64,000 bases of DNA from an uncultured Thermoanaerobaculia bacterium (lineage in GTDB: Bacteria > Acidobacteriota > Thermoanaerobaculia > Thermoanaerobaculales > Sulfomarinibacteraceae), in assembly GCA_964420405.1 (NCBI GenBank), contig CAYQTL010000004.1, positions 71,706-135,705 on the forward strand. Direction: 5' to 3'. The notes under the pieces were generated by a model. It ran no database searches and had not been told where the DNA came from. It saw nothing but the letters and a program-made list of their open reading frames with translations. Below, one piece after another: positions 61,257-64,000 of this stretch (positions are counted from its first letter, which is position 1; every line of letters starts with the position of its first letter). The position numbers and the translations under genes were made by a program.

Positions 61257-61574
61257 GCTGGCGCCCGGGCTCCGGAGCTCGGCGGAGATCCTCCGACTCT
61301 CTCCGAGCCCTGGAGGGCGCTCGTGTCGCCCGGCATGATGAGCAGGGATGATCGCCTCAGCGCCGTCCTCCTGAGCGACCGGAGTGCCCCTCGGAGCATG
61401 AAGGGAGTCGAGGGACCTCCCTCGACCTCCGCCCATGGATCACCGCCCTCCCGATCCCACGTCCGTTCCCGACGAGGGTGGAGGATCGGACGTACGTCGC
61501 GGCTCCGGCCCGCGTCACCGAAGGACTCCGGTCCGCGGCTCGGCCACCTGCACTCCGGGTCCCCGCTCACCCGT

Positions 61575-61580
61575 TAGAAT
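61575..61580 (+). promoter_or_regulatory. -10-like hexamer tagaat ending 6 nt before ATG 61587. No Shine-Dalgarno is visible, so this is a possible leaderless transcript.
   Basis: Read directly. The hexamer overlaps an in-frame TAG stop, so the ATG is the first possible start. Confidence 0.3.
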
Positions 61581-61586
61581 CGACCC

Positions 61587-64000
61587 ATGCAACCGGAGCG
61601 TATCGGACCGTACCGGATCGAAGGGGTGCTGGGCTCCGGCGGCATGGGGACGGTGTACGCCGCCTACGACGAGCGGCTCGACCGGCGGGTGGCGATCAAG
61701 ACCATCCGCCAGGGCTCGGATGTCACCCCCGAGCGGCGCGAGCGGCTGTGGCGGGAGGCGCGGGCGACGGCGGCGTTGGAGCACCCGGCCATCGCCCGCA
61801 TCTACGACGTGCTCGGCGAGGGGGACGATCTGCACATCGTCATGGAACGGGTGGTCGGCCGCCCGGTGAGCGACCTCCTCGCCGAAGGGCCACTGCCGGT
61901 CGTCGACGCGCTCGCCCTGGGGCAGCAGATCGCCGAAGGCTTGGCCGCCGCCCACGCGCGCGGCATCGTCCACCGCGATCTCAAGGCCGCCAACGTGATG
62001 GTGACCGACGAGGGCCGGGTCAAGATCCTCGACTTCGGCCTCGCCAAACGGCTCGACGCTCCGGCCACCGACACCGCGCTGACCCAGGACGGAGTGGTGC
62101 TCGGGACCTGCCACGCCATGTCACCCGAGCAGGCGATGGGGCGGCCGCTCGACGGGCGCTCGGACCTGTTCGCGCTCGGCTCGCTGCTCTACCAGACGCT
62201 GACCGGCCAGCACCCGTTCGCGGTACCGTCGCCGATGGCGACCCTGCATCGGATCGTGCAGCACCGGCCGCCGCGGGCCGACCTGCTGCGGCCCGAGGCC
62301 TCGCGGGCGGTCGGCGAGCTGGTGGAGCGCCTGCTCGTCAAGGAGCCCGAGCGGCGCCCGGCCCGCGCCGCCGACGTGGCGATCGCGCTCGCCGAGCTGC
62401 GCACGCCGTCGGCCGAGGTGCCGGAGCAGGCCACGACGATCACCAGCCACCGCCCGCCATGGTCACGCCCGAAGCTGACGCTGACGGCAACGGCGGTGGC
62501 CGCACTGGCGGTCGCCACGACCCTGGTCGCCATGCTCGTGCTGCGCGCCGGAGACCCGCCGCCGAGGACCGTCGCGGTCCCGGCCGCCACCACCACCGGC
62601 GACGCGGACGAGGGTACGCTGCTCGCGGGGCGGGCTGTCCGCGAGGCGATCCTCGGCTCGGTGTCGCGGCTCGAGCGTCTCGCCGCCGTCGACCCCCGTA
62701 CGGTCGACGCCGCCTCCGGCGACGCCGTCGCCGTCGCGCGCGCAGTGGCCGCGGACGAGGTCGTGTTCGCGGAGCTGGAGGCCACCGACCGGGGCTTCCG
62801 GGTGACGCTCCGCCGCATCGACGGCGCCACCGGCACCATGCTGTGGACCGGCGGTCTGGTGGAGGTGCCCACCCACGACCTGACGCTGCTCGCCGACGCC
62901 GTGGCCGCGCGCCTGGCCAGCGGCTACCCCGACCGCTCCACCGACGAAACGCGCCACCGCTCGATCGCGGAGCCGGAGGACTACGCCGACTACCTCCGGA
63001 TCGAGGCGCAGCTGCTCGACCCACCGCCGGGAGTGGACGAGGCCGAGCTGCTCGACGGGCTGGCCGCGATCCGGCACCGCTCGCCGCGGCTGCTCGAGGC
63101 GTCGCTGCTGGAGGCCAACACCGCCGCGTACCTGTTCGAGACCACCGGCCACCACCGTTGGATCGAGCGGGCCCGGCAGGTGGTGCAGGAGGCGCTGCGG
63201 ATCGCGCCGCGGGACCCCCGCCCCGTGCGGGCCGCGGTCGAGGTCGCGATCGCCGGGCGTCGGCCCGACGAGGCACGGCGGTGGCTCGCGGAGCTGGAGC
63301 GGCTCGATCCCGGCTCCACCGCCGGCCTCGACCTGGCCGCCCGCACCGCCGAGCTGGAGGGCGACCTCGACCGCGCCGCCGAGCTGTACCGTCGACTGGT
63401 GTCCGCCAGGCCCAACTGGTACCACCTGCGCAACGCCGCGCTGATCGAACGCCGCCGAGGCCGGGTCCACGAGGCCCGCGAGCTCCTGACGCTCGCCCTG
63501 GAACGCGCACCGGGCAACCGCTACGTCCAGTCCACCCTGGCGGAGATCGAGCTGGTCCACGGAGACCCCGAGCGCGCGGCGCGGCTGTACACCGACCTGC
63601 TCGAGCGCGCCCCGTCCCCCGTCTACCGGAGCAACCTCGGCGTGTCGCTGATGCTCGCCGGCCGCTACGACGTCGCCCGGGAGACCTTCGCACGGGCCCT
63701 CGAGGCGGTACCGGCCGACCCGACGACGCTGTTGAACCTGGCCGATTGCCTGGAGCTGACCGGGCGGGACGAGGCCGCCGAGGCACGCTACCGTGAAGCG
63801 CGTGCGGCGGTCCAGGAACGCCCGGAGCAGGACGTCGAGGCGCTGTCCGTGTCCGGCCAGGTCGCCGCGCACCTCGGCGAGCGCGCGGACGCGGCGTACT
63901 TCGCGCGCCAGCTGCTGGTGGCCGCTCCCGAGGACCCACAGGTCCAGTTCGAGGTCGCGCTGATCTATGCGCTGATCGGCGAGCTCGACTCCGCGGAGGT
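61587..64000 (+). CDS. Ser/Thr protein kinase (active-type motifs) with one TM helix and a C-terminal TPR-repeat region. The 3' end lies beyond the right window edge.
   Basis: Hand translation from ATG 61587 gives MQPERIGPYRIEGVLGSGGMGTVYAAYDERLDRRVAIKTI... Contains HRDLKAANVMV, KILDFGLAK and SPEQ. TM segment LTLTATAVAALAVATTLVAMLVL. TPR-like helices follow to base 64000. It is absent from the ORF track because there is no stop in the window. Confidence 0.85.
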   Translation, partial: MQPERIGPYRIEGVLGSGGMGTVYAAYDERLDRRVAIKTIRQGSDVTPERRERLWREARATAALEHPAIARIYDVLGEGDDLHIVMERVVGRPVSDLLAEGPLPVVDALALGQQIAEGLAAAHARGIVHRDLKAANVMVTDEGRVKILDFGLAKRLDAPATDTALTQDGVVLGTCHAMSPEQAMGRPLDGRSDLFALGSLLYQTLTGQHPFAVPSPMATLHRIVQHRPPRADLLRPEASRAVGELVERLLVKEPERRPARAADVAIALAELRTPSAEVPEQATTITSHRPPWSRPKLTLTATAVAALAVATTLVAMLVLRAGDPPPRTVAVPAATTTGDADEGTLLAGRAVREAILGSVSRLERLAAVDPRTVDAASGDAVAVARAVAADEVVFAELEATDRGFRVTLRRIDGATGTMLWTGGLVEVPTHDLTLLADAVAARLASGYPDRSTDETRHRSIAEPEDYADYLRIEAQLLDPPPGVDEAELLDGLAAIRHRSPRLLEASLLEANTAAYLFETTGHHRWIERARQVVQEALRIAPRDPRPVRAAVEVAIAGRRPDEARRWLAELERLDPGSTAGLDLAARTAELEGDLDRAAELYRRLVSARPNWYHLRNAALIERRRGRVHEARELLTLALERAPGNRYVQSTLAEIELVHGDPERAARLYTDLLERAPSPVYRSNLGVSLMLAGRYDVARETFARALEAVPADPTTLLNLADCLELTGRDEAAEARYREARAAVQERPEQDVEALSVSGQVAAHLGERADAAYFARQLLVAAPEDPQVQFEVALIYALIGELDSAE

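Noticed and set aside
61478-63939. ORFs 61478..63796 (plus, 772 aa), 62440..63939 and 62463..63872 (minus)
   Set aside because: These are wrong frames or the wrong strand of the Ser/Thr kinase-TPR gene. The kinase's true frame starts at ATG 61587, shows GxGxxG, VAIK, HRDLKAAN and DFG motifs, and has no stop inside the window.

Overview
This is a very GC-rich (roughly 70% or more by eye) bacterial chromosomal segment, densely coding on both strands. No rRNA, CRISPR array, transposase, integrase or phage genes were seen. The gene content suggests a Gram-negative Acidobacteriota/Gemmatimonadota-like lineage, which is inference only. That content includes a tricorn protease, an Oar-like CarboxypepD_reg TonB-dependent receptor, two MacB/FtsX-type ABC efflux operons, BNR/Ycf48-like propellers, and Ser/Thr kinases at both window edges.

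I support about 50 CDS and one tRNA-Leu(CAG). Notable units are:
- a vapBC toxin-antitoxin pair between tyrA and folA;
- a translationally coupled sensor kinase plus REC-PAS-GGDEF-EAL pair, with a separate PilZ protein;
- an AAA+ ATPase coupled to a large TraB-like protein;
- a 7-gene minus-strand lipid-type cluster (SDR, KASIII-like, alpha/beta hydrolases, AMP-ligase, SCP-x-type thiolase).

Many very long ORFs in the track are Arg/Pro/Gly-rich antisense or off-frame artefacts of the high GC content and were rejected.

The most unusual signal is non-coding. A recurrent family of intergenic elements, here called HAE (hexamer-array elements), has ends made of inverted, degenerate hexanucleotide arrays: (GATCCC/GTTCCC)n on the left and (GGGATC)n on the right. 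Boundary strings are conserved across copies (CATCCGATCCCGAT and TCCCGACG). Four full copies of about 280-300 bp share interior sequence blocks. There are also arms-only hairpins, single arms, and two further hexamer flavours (CGTCCG and CTGNCG). They sit inside operons, between convergent genes, and on both sides of the tRNA.

Other observations:
- a C-terminal FADxFESGDxSxWS tail shared by two unrelated secreted proteins;
- two paralogous ~60-70 aa proteins at distant loci;
- tandem paralogues after pspC;
- a 49-bp tandem repeat containing a hairpin;
- three 12-bp direct repeats in front of a small ORF.

All family calls are by-eye motif recognition. No database search was run.
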